This document shows positions 17,255-27,282 of a stretch of DNA of 64,000 nucleotides, in pieces. The translations under genes and the position numbers were made by a program. The stretch lies in contig JAVHWA010000089.1 of the NCBI GenBank assembly GCA_032160165.1, positions 3,502-67,501 of the forward strand, written 5' to 3'. The stretch is from Acidobacteriota bacterium (GTDB lineage Bacteria > Acidobacteriota > Blastocatellia > Pyrinomonadales > Pyrinomonadaceae). The notes below the pieces were generated by a model that saw nothing but the letters and a program-made list of their open reading frames with translations, made no database searches and was not told the DNA's origin. Positions within the stretch are counted from its first letter, which is position 1. Each line of letters starts with the position of its first letter.

Positions 17255-19993
17255 CTACTTCACTAGCACGCGACTCTCCTGCATCTGCAGCTTCACCACC
17301 CGCCCGTCCGATGTAAAGACCTGGACGTTTGTCTGGTCGAATCCAATGACAGTTTCCCCGTTCGCAATAGCTTCGATCTCCAGGTAAACGACGGTGTTCG
17401 CGCCAATCTTGAGTGACGATCCGGCCTCGGGTGAAATCGTGATGCCGATGACCCCCGCGGGATCAATCACCTGCATCATACTCGCAATCTTTTTCGTCCC
17501 ATCCGACAAGTCGCCCGCTGAAACGCTTCTGACGGCGATGACTCGCGGATCAAACTTGAGACGGACGATGGCGTTGCCCAGCGGCTCTTTCGAGTCGAAC
17601 ACCAGCGCGATTCGTTGCTTGTCACCCACTCGCATCTCGGGTTGGGTCGCAACCAATCTTGCGTCTGCGATGACACTGCCTCCGCCCTTTTCTGAAAGTC
17701 CGGCCAGCAGTTTCACTCCGGCTGAATTCTTTTCGGCGTTCGACCGACTGGCCTCGCTGTTCTCGGTAGTAGCTTGAATCTTCTCAGCCAGCGAGCCGGT
17801 TGGAAGATCGAGTCGCGGCTGCGAAGGCGGGGCCACCAACGATTGGGACATCTCCTTCGGCTGCGATACGGCGCCGCTCCCTTTGAGGGCCAGCGCGGTC
17901 GAGCTGGGCGGTTCGCCGGTTAACTTCGCGATCGCGCTAGCCAGCGCGTTTGATGGTTGTGGAATATTCGTGGCGACGACGGGACTGGCGACGGGAGTTG
18001 ACGCAGTCTTTTCCGGGCCCGGTTCCGCAGAGGTCGTCCCGGCATTTACCAACGCCGCCGGCGCAGGGACGTAGGCGGGAGCGGGTCCCGCATCCGGTAG
18101 TTGCACCACTACGTTTCTCGGGATTCGACGAGCAGCCGCGAGCTGGTCCTCGCGGTCGGCTTCCTGCACCATCGCTTCAAGAGAACTATTCGTCGGCGTA
18201 GACAGTGTCCCGCTCGGCCTTTCTCTTTCGTCGTTTGGCGTGATCGCGGGAGCTCGCAACACTCTGGGTGTGACAGCTATCACAATATCGACCTGAGTAT
18301 TATTTCGCGTGGGGGCTGTAAACAGTCTCCCCAGGATGGGAATCAAGCCGAGCAGAGGCAGGCCCCTGCGTCCATTTGATTGAGTGTCCTGCGCAACTGA
18401 GGCCAGCATCATTGTGCGGTTGTTTTGAATTCTGGCAGTGCCGGTTATTGTCCGTTCGGTGAAAGTCGGAGTCAGGCTGCCCGCGTTAAGGATGTCCTTT
18501 GATTCAATCGACATCTTGACCTGCACATCAAGATTGGGAAAAACCTGCGGTTGAAACTTGAGCGTCAATCCGGTTGGCTCGTACTGGATGACAGGAAACC
18601 CGCCACCGAAGTTAACGCCGCCGGTCACGCCGCCTGGCTGCGTAGTTCCGTTCGTATTTGCAAACGGAAACGTCTGTGCGGTCTGGACGGGAACGCGTTG
18701 ACCGATTCGGGCCGACGACTCCTCGCCGTTGAAGGCATGCACCTGAGTCGAAGCCAGCAACTTCGTTCGGTCCCTGCGCTGAAAGGCGGTGAGCTGTGCG
18801 GCCGGGATAACGAGGGCTGCGCCGAGAGCGGTGGGAGCGCTTGCAATCCGTGTGGCGACATCTCGCGCGCCACCGAGGATGCTCAGTCCACTAGTTCCGC
18901 CAAGGCTAAAGAAGCCACTGGAGTCGCCCGTTCCCAGTTGGTTTCCAAGCTGGAGCAAGTCAGTCCGCGAAACTTCATAGATGTTGACATCCATCACCAC
19001 CTCGGCTCGGTCCTTGTCGATACTTGCAAGGATCTCTCCGATCAATCGCAGGTTCTCCGAAGTATCACGAACCGTAATACTGTTCGTGGGCTCATCCGGA
19101 AGCACGATCGTCTGCGGCCTGCCCTGGTTGGGTGGAATCGCGGCCGCGACTATGTCGCGCGCCTTCTGCGGGAGAATGTTCGCCAGATAGAAAGTGCGAA
19201 TGGCCAGTTGTTGGTACTGAGCACGACGGGTCTGGTCGGCGACGATAATCGTTCGGCGATTGACCTTTTGAAAGAAGAGTCCCTCCTGAAGAAAGATCAA
19301 GTCGAGCGCCTGTGCTGTTGTCACATCGCTGTAGTTGACTTCGACGGTCCGCGGCGTGCGAAACGACTGGCTGTCGAATATGACGTTGAGATTGAGATTT
19401 TCAGCCAGAAGACGAATCTCGGTTTTGAGATCGCCCGTATATTTAATGATGCGCAGCTGCTCTGTTCGTTGCGGTGGAAGCGACGGGTCCTCTTGAAGGC
19501 TCGGTCGCGTTCCGGGCATCGCGGGAGTCCCGCCTCCTTCCTGATTGGACGTGGGCGCAGACTTACTATTGGGAAGGTCGCCCGGCAGGGTCTCGCCTGT
19601 CTTCTCACGCTGCAGGCGTAGCATGCGCTCCATCTCGGAAAGCGCGAGCTCGTTAACAGGGTCGTATCCGTATGCCTGACGAAAAGCGTTGTAGCCGCCG
19701 ATGTAGTCGCGTTGCTCAGCCAGGGCGCGGCCCTGCTGCATGTACGTCTGCGACGCGTTGAAGACGGCGCGCCTGTAGTGGAGCTGATATTCGACGCTCG
19801 ATGGGTCGGCTGCGACAGCAAGGGTGAACTCCTGCGCCGCCTTATCCCACTGCTGCGCAGACTCGTATTGGAGTCCGCGCTTGTAGTTCTTCTCGCCTTT
19901 CTTCGCAAATGCCGTCATGGGCGCAGCGAGTAAACAAAAAACCACCAGCATGGATGCAAACGAGCGCGTAGGAATTGATGTACTTTTCATCAT
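17255..19993 (-). CDS. Secretin (GspD/PilQ family) with TPR-like N-terminus and cohesin-like C-terminal domain
   Basis: The secretin core shows LLASTQVHAFNGEESSARIGQRVPV and RGLPLLGLIPILGRLF...VDIVIAVTPRVL. The N-terminal region is TPR-like, and the C-terminal region reads RVGDKQRIALVF...LKFDPRVIAVRSVSAGDL. I prefer the start at MMKSTS (19993), with a signal peptide; the track starts at 20089. Confidence 0.9.
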   Translation of the reverse strand: MMKSTSIPTRSFASMLVVFCLLAAPMTAFAKKGEKNYKRGLQYESAQQWDKAAQEFTLAVAADPSSVEYQLHYRRAVFNASQTYMQQGRALAEQRDYIGGYNAFRQAYGYDPVNELALSEMERMLRLQREKTGETLPGDLPNSKSAPTSNQEGGGTPAMPGTRPSLQEDPSLPPQRTEQLRIIKYTGDLKTEIRLLAENLNLNVIFDSQSFRTPRTVEVNYSDVTTAQALDLIFLQEGLFFQKVNRRTIIVADQTRRAQYQQLAIRTFYLANILPQKARDIVAAAIPPNQGRPQTIVLPDEPTNSITVRDTSENLRLIGEILASIDKDRAEVVMDVNIYEVSRTDLLQLGNQLGTGDSSGFFSLGGTSGLSILGGARDVATRIASAPTALGAALVIPAAQLTAFQRRDRTKLLASTQVHAFNGEESSARIGQRVPVQTAQTFPFANTNGTTQPGGVTGGVNFGGGFPVIQYEPTGLTLKFQPQVFPNLDVQVKMSIESKDILNAGSLTPTFTERTITGTARIQNNRTMMLASVAQDTQSNGRRGLPLLGLIPILGRLFTAPTRNNTQVDIVIAVTPRVLRAPAITPNDERERPSGTLSTPTNSSLEAMVQEADREDQLAAARRIPRNVVVQLPDAGPAPAYVPAPAALVNAGTTSAEPGPEKTASTPVASPVVATNIPQPSNALASAIAKLTGEPPSSTALALKGSGAVSQPKEMSQSLVAPPSQPRLDLPTGSLAEKIQATTENSEASRSNAEKNSAGVKLLAGLSEKGGGSVIADARLVATQPEMRVGDKQRIALVFDSKEPLGNAIVRLKFDPRVIAVRSVSAGDLSDGTKKIASMMQVIDPAGVIGITISPEAGSSLKIGANTVVYLEIEAIANGETVIGFDQTNVQVFTSDGRVVKLQMQESRVLVK

Positions 19994-20161
19994 GGATCTC
20001 TCTACCAAAGATTCGCCAACGTCGTGATGCGGACGCGTTAGCCGTAAATGCGTGGACCGGCGACAGTGAGCAACGCCGCCAGGCGTCACAGGGCTATAAC
20101 GCTCCGCAAGAGACAGAGTTCCGAAATCAACTCGCGTTACCCCGAGTTCGGCGAAGAAAGC

Positions 20162-21877
20162 TCACTTATTTATGTTCACTTCCTCGACAAACGTCACGCG
20201 GTTGATCTCGTGCAAAGTGGAGACACCGGAGAAAACTTTTTGCAGCGCAGACTCGCGCAGGCCTGTTAAGCCTTCGGCTTCGGCGGCCCGTCTCACTTCG
20301 GAGCCTGGACGTCGCTCCACTATCATCTCGCGGATATTATCCGACAGATCGAGCAATTCGTGAATGGCGGTGCGCCCTCGATAGCCAGTGTGATTGCATG
20401 CGTCGCATCCATCGCTACGATAAAAGGCGCGGCCCTTGTGCTCTTCCGGCCGAAGGCCAGACTCAAGCAACTCGTCATCCGTGGGCCGGTATGAGTGCTT
20501 GCACACTGGACACAGGATGCGAATCAGACGCTGCGCAAGGACGCAATTCAAGCTCGATACGAAATTATACGGCTCGACGCCCATGTTCAAGAAACGGCCA
20601 ATCACGTCGATTACGTTGTTCGCGTGAACGGTGGTGAATACCAGATGTCCGGTCAAGGCTGATTGGATGGCGATCTGTGCGGTCTCTTCGTCGCGTATTT
20701 CGCCCACCATGATCTTGTCCGGATCGTGCCGCAGAATCGAGCGCAGCCCGCGCGCGAACGTCAATCCCTTTTTCTCGTTGACAGGTATCTGAGTGATACC
20801 GTGCAATTGATATTCGACAGGATCTTCGATGGTGATGATCTTGTCTTCTTCATTGCGGATTTCGTTCAGCGCCGCGTACAGCGTAGTCGTCTTACCTGAG
20901 CCGGTAGGACCGGTGACCAGAACCATGCCGTAAGGCTCTGCTATATAGCGGCGAAACTTCCTCAGATCGTCCTCGGAAAATCCAACTACATCGAGGTTCA
21001 GGTTACGAAACTCTTCGTTGATCTGTTCTTTGTCGAGAATACGAATGACAGCGTCTTCGCCATGCACCGTCGGCATGATCGAGACTCGAAAGTCTACATT
21101 TCTTCCCTTGTATCGCACGCGAAAGCGACCATCCTGCGGAACTCGCCGTTCGGCGATGTCGAGTTCCGACATCACCTTGATGCGCGAGATCAGGGTCTGA
21201 TGATAGGCGAGATCGATGGGATCAACCTTGGCGTAGAGCGCACCATCTATACGGTACTTGACCTGGACCTCGGTATCCCTGGTTTCGATGTGAATATCCG
21301 AGGCCCGCGATTCCATCGCATTGAAGACGATCGTATCGACGAGTTTGATGATCGGCGACATGTCGGAATCGGTCGCCAGTCGATCGAGGTCGAGCACCTC
21401 TTCGCCCGTCTCGGTCTCTTTTACCAGAGAAATACGAAAGCCTGACGCCGCCTCCTGCAGGACGCGCTGGGTTGCATCGCCTTTTCGCAGAACGACATCG
21501 ATAGCGCCCGCTGTGGCTACGTGTGGAACTATGCGCGCATGCAGAGCGCTCGCCAACTCGTCCAACGTCTCCAGATCCGTCGGGTCGGCCATCGCAAGAT
21601 GCAGTCGCTTGCCATCCCGTCGAAGAGGCACGAATTGATGTCGGAGCATCAGGTCGACCGGGATCTCGTTCAGCAGCGAGTAATCTATGGGAGAATCGCT
21701 ATCGTGAGGCAGCAGATTGACGTAAGGCAGGCGGTAGCGGCGAGCCATCTCGCGAGCTTCCTGGACCTCGGGCGGATCGCTCTCGGTTGCGAGAGTCAAA
21801 TCCTCTATCGCGGCGGTTTCCTCCGTCGGCGGATAGGACGAGATCGTCTCTGCCATTTCTTCGGATATCTGCTTCAT
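20162..21877 (-). CDS. Type II secretion / type IV pilus assembly ATPase (GspE/PilB family)
   Basis: Motifs seen are Walker A VTGPTGSGKTTT, Asp box, Walker B IMVGEIRD, His box and a tetracysteine CPVC...CDAC. A T2SSE N-domain is present. Confidence 0.95.
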   Translation of the reverse strand: MKQISEEMAETISSYPPTEETAAIEDLTLATESDPPEVQEAREMARRYRLPYVNLLPHDSDSPIDYSLLNEIPVDLMLRHQFVPLRRDGKRLHLAMADPTDLETLDELASALHARIVPHVATAGAIDVVLRKGDATQRVLQEAASGFRISLVKETETGEEVLDLDRLATDSDMSPIIKLVDTIVFNAMESRASDIHIETRDTEVQVKYRIDGALYAKVDPIDLAYHQTLISRIKVMSELDIAERRVPQDGRFRVRYKGRNVDFRVSIMPTVHGEDAVIRILDKEQINEEFRNLNLDVVGFSEDDLRKFRRYIAEPYGMVLVTGPTGSGKTTTLYAALNEIRNEEDKIITIEDPVEYQLHGITQIPVNEKKGLTFARGLRSILRHDPDKIMVGEIRDEETAQIAIQSALTGHLVFTTVHANNVIDVIGRFLNMGVEPYNFVSSLNCVLAQRLIRILCPVCKHSYRPTDDELLESGLRPEEHKGRAFYRSDGCDACNHTGYRGRTAIHELLDLSDNIREMIVERRPGSEVRRAAEAEGLTGLRESALQKVFSGVSTLHEINRVTFVEEVNINK

Positions 21878-23109
21878 CGCGTCACTTGAACGTTCGATAT
21901 GGCTGAGATGATTGGTAGATAGATACTTAGCAGAATCGTAACTACGACTCCACCCATCACAATAAGAATCGCAGGCTCCATCGTCGTCGTCAACTGTTCA
22001 AGCTTCACCTCAGCCTCAGAATCATAGAACGCCGCAACCTCATCGAGCATCTCGCGCAGGCTCCCCGAACGCTCGCCGACGCCGATCATATCGAGAGCGA
22101 GCTCGGGGACCCAACCCGCCGCCTCCAGGCTCTCAGTAAACGAGCGCCCTTCGCGCACCATCGGCAATATGGATGCGCTCCTGCGACGCAACTCGCGATT
22201 GGTAATGGACTCTGCCGCGATCTCCCATGAATCAAGCAAAGTGATGCCCCCCGCAAGTAGGGTGGCTAGCGACCGCGTAGCCTGCGCCACGGCGACTTGT
22301 TGCAGCAGCTTGCCTACGAGCGGAACCTTCAAGAGGGTTTTGTCGAGTGCCAGCCGGCCAGATGGCGTGCGCAGCCAGATGACCAAACCCACAACGCTGA
22401 CAATGATCAAAGGCAAAACCCACCAGAAGTTCTCGCTCAACCATGTCGAAATCCCCGTCACGATCAATGTCAGCAACGGCAGCTTATTCTTGCCAAAGCC
22501 TTCGAATAAGTTCGACATCCTGGGGACCACAAAGAGCGTAAGAAACGTCACCATTCCGAACGATGCCATCAGAAGCAGTGTGGGATACGCAAGCGCCCCA
22601 CGAATCTTCCGGCGCAGCCCAACGCTTCTTCGCATGTAGGCGACGTAGCGATCCAACACCTCATCCAGGGCGCCACTTCGTTCTCCCGCCAGGATCGATG
22701 CCGTATAGATGCGTGGGAAGAGCGGACCCTGTGCCGCGAACGCAGACGACAAGGCCATGCCCCCTTTTATCTTCTCTTCGACATCCGCAAGCACCAGTCC
22801 GAGTCCTGCCGATTGAGCGCGTTTGCGCAGCATGGAGATGGCTTGAAGAATCGGTATACCGGCTCGCAGGAGCGCGGCGAGTTGTTGGTTGAAGAGCAGA
22901 AAATCGTTGGCCTTAAATCTCGCGTGCGGGCCATTGCTTCCACGTCGAGTAAGCCCGGCGACGCCGAAGGTCTTCGGTGGAGTGACCGCGAAGACGCGAA
23001 AGCCTTCGCTCTCCAGGCGGGCGCGCGCGTCCCTAACCCCGACCGCCTCGATGGTACGGGTAATGATTTCCCCCGAGGGCGTTCCCAGTCGACAGATAAA
23101 CTCGGCCAT
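21874..23109 (-). CDS. Type II secretion system F / PilC platform protein
   Basis: Two GspF repeats are present (FNQQLAALLRAGIPILQAI and ATRSLATLLAGGITLLDS) with 3 TM helices. Its end overlaps the gspE-like start by 4 nt. Confidence 0.9.
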   Translation of the reverse strand: MAEFICRLGTPSGEIITRTIEAVGVRDARARLESEGFRVFAVTPPKTFGVAGLTRRGSNGPHARFKANDFLLFNQQLAALLRAGIPILQAISMLRKRAQSAGLGLVLADVEEKIKGGMALSSAFAAQGPLFPRIYTASILAGERSGALDEVLDRYVAYMRRSVGLRRKIRGALAYPTLLLMASFGMVTFLTLFVVPRMSNLFEGFGKNKLPLLTLIVTGISTWLSENFWWVLPLIIVSVVGLVIWLRTPSGRLALDKTLLKVPLVGKLLQQVAVAQATRSLATLLAGGITLLDSWEIAAESITNRELRRRSASILPMVREGRSFTESLEAAGWVPELALDMIGVGERSGSLREMLDEVAAFYDSEAEVKLEQLTTTMEPAILIVMGGVVVTILLSIYLPIISAISNVQVTR

Positions 23110-23481
23110 GGTGAATCTATGTTGCGAGGGCAAAAAACTGTCTGCCCTTCAGATGCGCGGCAGACGCGCCGAGTATAGCATGCGTCCATAAGAGTGCGAA
23201 CCGGCTGCCTCTCATGTATTTTCGTGCAGTTATCGTTACAAAATACTCGGTGGGCCGGCTGTTCTGAGAATTCCAAACTCAGAAGGCTATATGCCTCCGA
23301 GTACACGCCAACCGAGGCTGAAAGTTGCGACTTCTTGATCGCTATCTCGCGTCAAATAGGCCGAGCGCAAGACTTGTCTACATCGCCGATGGCGTGGGGT
23401 GCGCAAAGTTAGAATGATCTTTGCAACCCGGGCCAACTAATTTATAGTTCCGGCGAACCGTAACTCCGTCGATCACCTTCA

Positions 23482-25641
23482 ATGAAGGGGATCACCTATT
23501 CACGTCTTCACAAAGGAGATCCCAGCGTGCAAGCATCTCGCAACGCTTCCATCGTCCTCGCCCTATTATGTCTGATTTGTCCGGCAAGGCGCCTCGACGC
23601 CCAGCAGGTTCCGTCAGGTCCGACTAAGCCCACACCTCAGTCAAAGCGCAGAGAGATTCATCCCAGGGAAACTCCAAAACCGCCGACGGCGCCAATGGAC
23701 ATGCAGGGTATGCAGGAAGGCGGCATGCGACACCAGCAGCAGCCAGGGATTCCACCGCCCTATTACAACTATCCCTTCGGCAGTTCCACCATTGAACACC
23801 GCGTGCTAAGGGTGGATCAAGCCGTTGAAATGGCGCTGGGCAATGCGTCGGCTTACCAACAGTCCAGGTTGGACGAGCGCGTGGCGGTCGAAGATGTTAG
23901 GCAGGCGCGAAAGGCGTTCCTGCCCCAACTCTCGCTCCCACTAATCTACAATGGAACCACCAACTCGCTGATTCATCAGCCCGACGAACCAATTATCTAC
24001 AGCTTCGTGGCCTCAAGCGCGATAAATGAGACGTCGGCGTTTCTCAACGCCTCCGGGCCTATCGATTTGTCAGGTCGCTTACGGGCATCGTTGCGCCGAA
24101 GTCGAGCGCTGCTGGCCGCAGCCCACTCCGGAGCTTTGGTAGCACGCCGCTCCCTCATCATCACTACGGTTGATGCATATTACGGGCTGGTGCTGGCGCG
24201 ACAAAAACGGCGGCTCGCGGATGAAACTCTGGCGCTGGCCGAGGCATTCGCCAGGATTGCTGAGAACGCTCAGCAGCGCGGAGAGGGCGAGGAGGCCGAT
24301 GTCCTTCGCGCGCGAGGGTCGGCGCTTCTCAGGCGAGATGAGCTGGAACAAGCTCGCGCGGCAGAGTCCGCCGCAATGGATCTCTTGCGAGTTCTGACCG
24401 GAGTCGAGTTCTCAACACACATAGATTTATCGAACGTCACGGATTCTGTGCCCACCGCGAACGATTTCAGCGACTACACGGAAGCGCTTATCAAGAGCAG
24501 GCCGGAGCTGAGCCAGATCGAATCGCTCAAAAGCGCGGCACTGGCCGACGCCAGCGAGGCGCGCCGCGAGCTCTTGCCGGAGTTGACCTACAGTTTGAAT
24601 GGCGGGTTCGATGCGTCGGATTTCAGACCGCTGGGTAGATACTCGGGCGGCCAGGCCATAGTGAGCCTTAACATCCCGCTACTCAATTGGGGCGCGAGTA
24701 AGAGTCGAGAGACCCAGGCCCGCCTACGCGCCCAGTCTCTGGATTTGCAGCGAGAAAATACCCTCAGGGAATTGCGGGCGGAGTTTTATACCTCTCGCGC
24801 GAATGCGTTGTCTGCCATAAAACGGATCGCTCAGACGCGGGGTGCGGCAGACGCGTTACAGCGGAACATAACGCTCGTCTTTGGTCGATATCGCGCAAAA
24901 CAATCGACCATTCTCGATGTGCTGGATGCTCAATCAAGCTATGCTGAGGCACGCCTCGCTTTCTACCAGGCGATCGCCGACTATCGCACCGCACATGTAC
25001 GTATCGAAGCAGATCCCGCCAAACTAACAGACTCAGAACGAATTCAGCCCCGAGCGCCGGACGTCATGCCCGCGCCCGCGTGTTCGCTAACCCTCTCGCG
25101 AGCTCCCGATGTAGGGGGCTTCCGTCTGGGAATGAACACCGCGCAAGCCCAGGCGCTTGTCCACGGTCTCAACGTCTCGTCCGCGGATGAACTGGGCGTT
25201 TCGAGCGCGGTGCTTAGCGGGAACGCTCTAAATTACAGCACGGAAAGCAGGAGCTATTTCGAGGGTGTTGAATCGCTGGCGCTGGAGTTCACGGACGGTC
25301 GGCTCTCGTTCATTCGCGTCAACTATCCGCTGACGAACCGGTGGGGTGATCCGGACGAGTTCGTCAATACAATTTCCCAGAAGCTCAATCTTCGCGGAAA
25401 GTGGAAGCGTTTCTATGATTGGGAAAATAAGAACGTGCGTGACACCAAAGATCTTAACGACCTGGCGCTCGAGTGCGGCGACCTACGCATCAGCGCGGGT
25501 ATCGGTGTGGTCGGACTTGGCGGCGATCAGATTCCCCACATAGAGTTTCAGGACATGACTACGATGGAGCTCATCAAGTCGCGCGAGGATGAAAAGAGTC
25601 GCCGGGAACTCGAGTACCAGAAGCGAAAGGACAAGCCGTGA
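23482..25641 (+). CDS. TolC-family outer-membrane protein with about 200-aa extra C-terminal domain
   Basis: Two OEP repeats are visible (VEDVRQARKAFLPQLSL..., ARLAFYQAIADYRTAHVRIE). They are followed by an unrelated C-terminal region. Confidence 0.75.
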   Translation: MKGITYSRLHKGDPSVQASRNASIVLALLCLICPARRLDAQQVPSGPTKPTPQSKRREIHPRETPKPPTAPMDMQGMQEGGMRHQQQPGIPPPYYNYPFGSSTIEHRVLRVDQAVEMALGNASAYQQSRLDERVAVEDVRQARKAFLPQLSLPLIYNGTTNSLIHQPDEPIIYSFVASSAINETSAFLNASGPIDLSGRLRASLRRSRALLAAAHSGALVARRSLIITTVDAYYGLVLARQKRRLADETLALAEAFARIAENAQQRGEGEEADVLRARGSALLRRDELEQARAAESAAMDLLRVLTGVEFSTHIDLSNVTDSVPTANDFSDYTEALIKSRPELSQIESLKSAALADASEARRELLPELTYSLNGGFDASDFRPLGRYSGGQAIVSLNIPLLNWGASKSRETQARLRAQSLDLQRENTLRELRAEFYTSRANALSAIKRIAQTRGAADALQRNITLVFGRYRAKQSTILDVLDAQSSYAEARLAFYQAIADYRTAHVRIEADPAKLTDSERIQPRAPDVMPAPACSLTLSRAPDVGGFRLGMNTAQAQALVHGLNVSSADELGVSSAVLSGNALNYSTESRSYFEGVESLALEFTDGRLSFIRVNYPLTNRWGDPDEFVNTISQKLNLRGKWKRFYDWENKNVRDTKDLNDLALECGDLRISAGIGVVGLGGDQIPHIEFQDMTTMELIKSREDEKSRRELEYQKRKDKP

Positions 25642-25956
25642 GCGGACCGAGCGCCGATGGCGAGAATGTTGAATCATCGTCGAGGGCCGACAGCATCTTA
25701 CTGAAAGTTGCGTGCATCATAGCTGCTAAGCGCTTTGTCTTGCGCCCTCGGCTGGCTTGACTTACAATGCGGCCAGCCTTCGCGGACAGCTGGTGGAAGT
25801 TGCGAGCGGTAGTCTCCCCGAATGCCGTCCACATTGCTTCAAAAAACTGCAGTGCCTTAGAGAAAGCCAACGCAGCTTTCACAAGAGGTACAGGAAGACC
25901 TTTTTTCTCACGGGACCCTAAACACAACCCGAGCTAAAGAAGGAACAGGGGGTCGC

Positions 25957-26982
25957 ATGATAGTCCGGCGCCGCAGAGCACCTCAGGTCCCGCTCGTCTC
26001 CTGCCTGGTCTTCGCCTTTGTCTTCCTTATTGCTCCAAACATCATCAGCGCACAGGAAAAAAAGCCGGAATTGACGACGGCGCAGCAAACGCCCACGCCG
26101 TTACCCACTCCAGCGCAACAGGGCAAGGAGGCTAAAGAGGTTGAGGTCTTTAATACGGACCTGATCACTCTGACCGTCACCGTCACCGACACATACGGTC
26201 GATATGTTTCCGGGCTCGAGAAAAAGGCGTTCAAGGTCTTCGAAGATAAGGAAGAGCAGCAGATCGAATACTTCAGTGACGACGACGCGCCTGTCTCGGT
26301 TGGGGTGATCTTCGATGTCTCTGGTTCGATGAGCGGCGACAAGATAAGAAAGGCCCGCGAGGCGCTGTCGCGATTTATCCAAACCAGCCATGAGTCCGAC
26401 GAATACTTTCTGATCGCCTTCAATTCGCGCGCTCAACTTCTGCTGGATAAGACCCGGGACGGCGATGCCGTCCTTAATAAGCTCACTTTCGTAGAGACGA
26501 AGTCCAATACCGCCCTCTACGATGCCTGCTATCTGGGCGTGGAAAAGGTTTCGCGCGGTGCCCATCCGAAACGGGCGCTCCTTTTGATCAGCGATGGTCA
26601 GGACAACAATTCCCGATACACCTTCAGCGAGGTTCGGCGTTTATTGAAGGAGTCAGATGTCGTTTTATATTCCGTAGGCATTCTCGGCGGGAACGATCCG
26701 GGCAGCCCGCTCGGGATGGAGGGTCAGTCGGTACTGGACGAACTCTCGGCTGTCTCGGGTGGAAAAGCCTTCTTCCCGAACACGTCGGCCGAGATGGACG
26801 AACTTTTCGAACGCATCGCGCTTGAGCTGCGCCACCAGTATTCACTCGCTTACAGACCGAAGAACTTCACGAACGATGGCAAGTGGCACAAACTTAAGGT
26901 TAAGGTTACCCCTCCCCGTGGCTTGCCGCGTCTGTTCGTTCGCAGCCGGGAAGGTTATTACGCAGTGACGAACCCGAAATAG
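25957..26982 (+). CDS. VWA-domain protein (VWFA-related acidobacterial type)
   Basis: A signal peptide is followed by the MIDAS-like FDVSGSMSG and LLISDGQDN. The layout resembles TIGR03436-type proteins. Confidence 0.85.
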   Translation: MIVRRRRAPQVPLVSCLVFAFVFLIAPNIISAQEKKPELTTAQQTPTPLPTPAQQGKEAKEVEVFNTDLITLTVTVTDTYGRYVSGLEKKAFKVFEDKEEQQIEYFSDDDAPVSVGVIFDVSGSMSGDKIRKAREALSRFIQTSHESDEYFLIAFNSRAQLLLDKTRDGDAVLNKLTFVETKSNTALYDACYLGVEKVSRGAHPKRALLLISDGQDNNSRYTFSEVRRLLKESDVVLYSVGILGGNDPGSPLGMEGQSVLDELSAVSGGKAFFPNTSAEMDELFERIALELRHQYSLAYRPKNFTNDGKWHKLKVKVTPPRGLPRLFVRSREGYYAVTNPK

Positions 26983-27282
26983 GGAAAGACTGCGGGCCTT
27001 CGGCAACTTATCGCGCGGTTACCAGCATCTCTGATTTGCGTGTGCGTGCGAACAGCTGTTTGTCCACGCTCTTTGCCCCAGCCGCGTGCCACATGCGAAG
27101 TCGAGTCGGAAGCGCCTCGACACTCCTCTCCTCTTCCAGGCAGGAGAGGCGTGCGGGGCGCTTTGGACGATTGGGCAGAGGCGAAAATAAGAATATAGTA
27201 ATGATCGAGAATCAGGGATGCGGGTCTCGACCTAGGCTCTTAGAGATATACGCCTGCGATTTTTGCATTTATTGAGGTTGTT

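Noticed and set aside
18551-19621. 356-aa plus-strand ORF
   Set aside because: It lies entirely antisense to the secretin gene, whose translation has unmistakable family motifs. The antisense product is Arg/Ser/Leu-rich with no motifs, which is the typical shadow ORF of GC-rich DNA.
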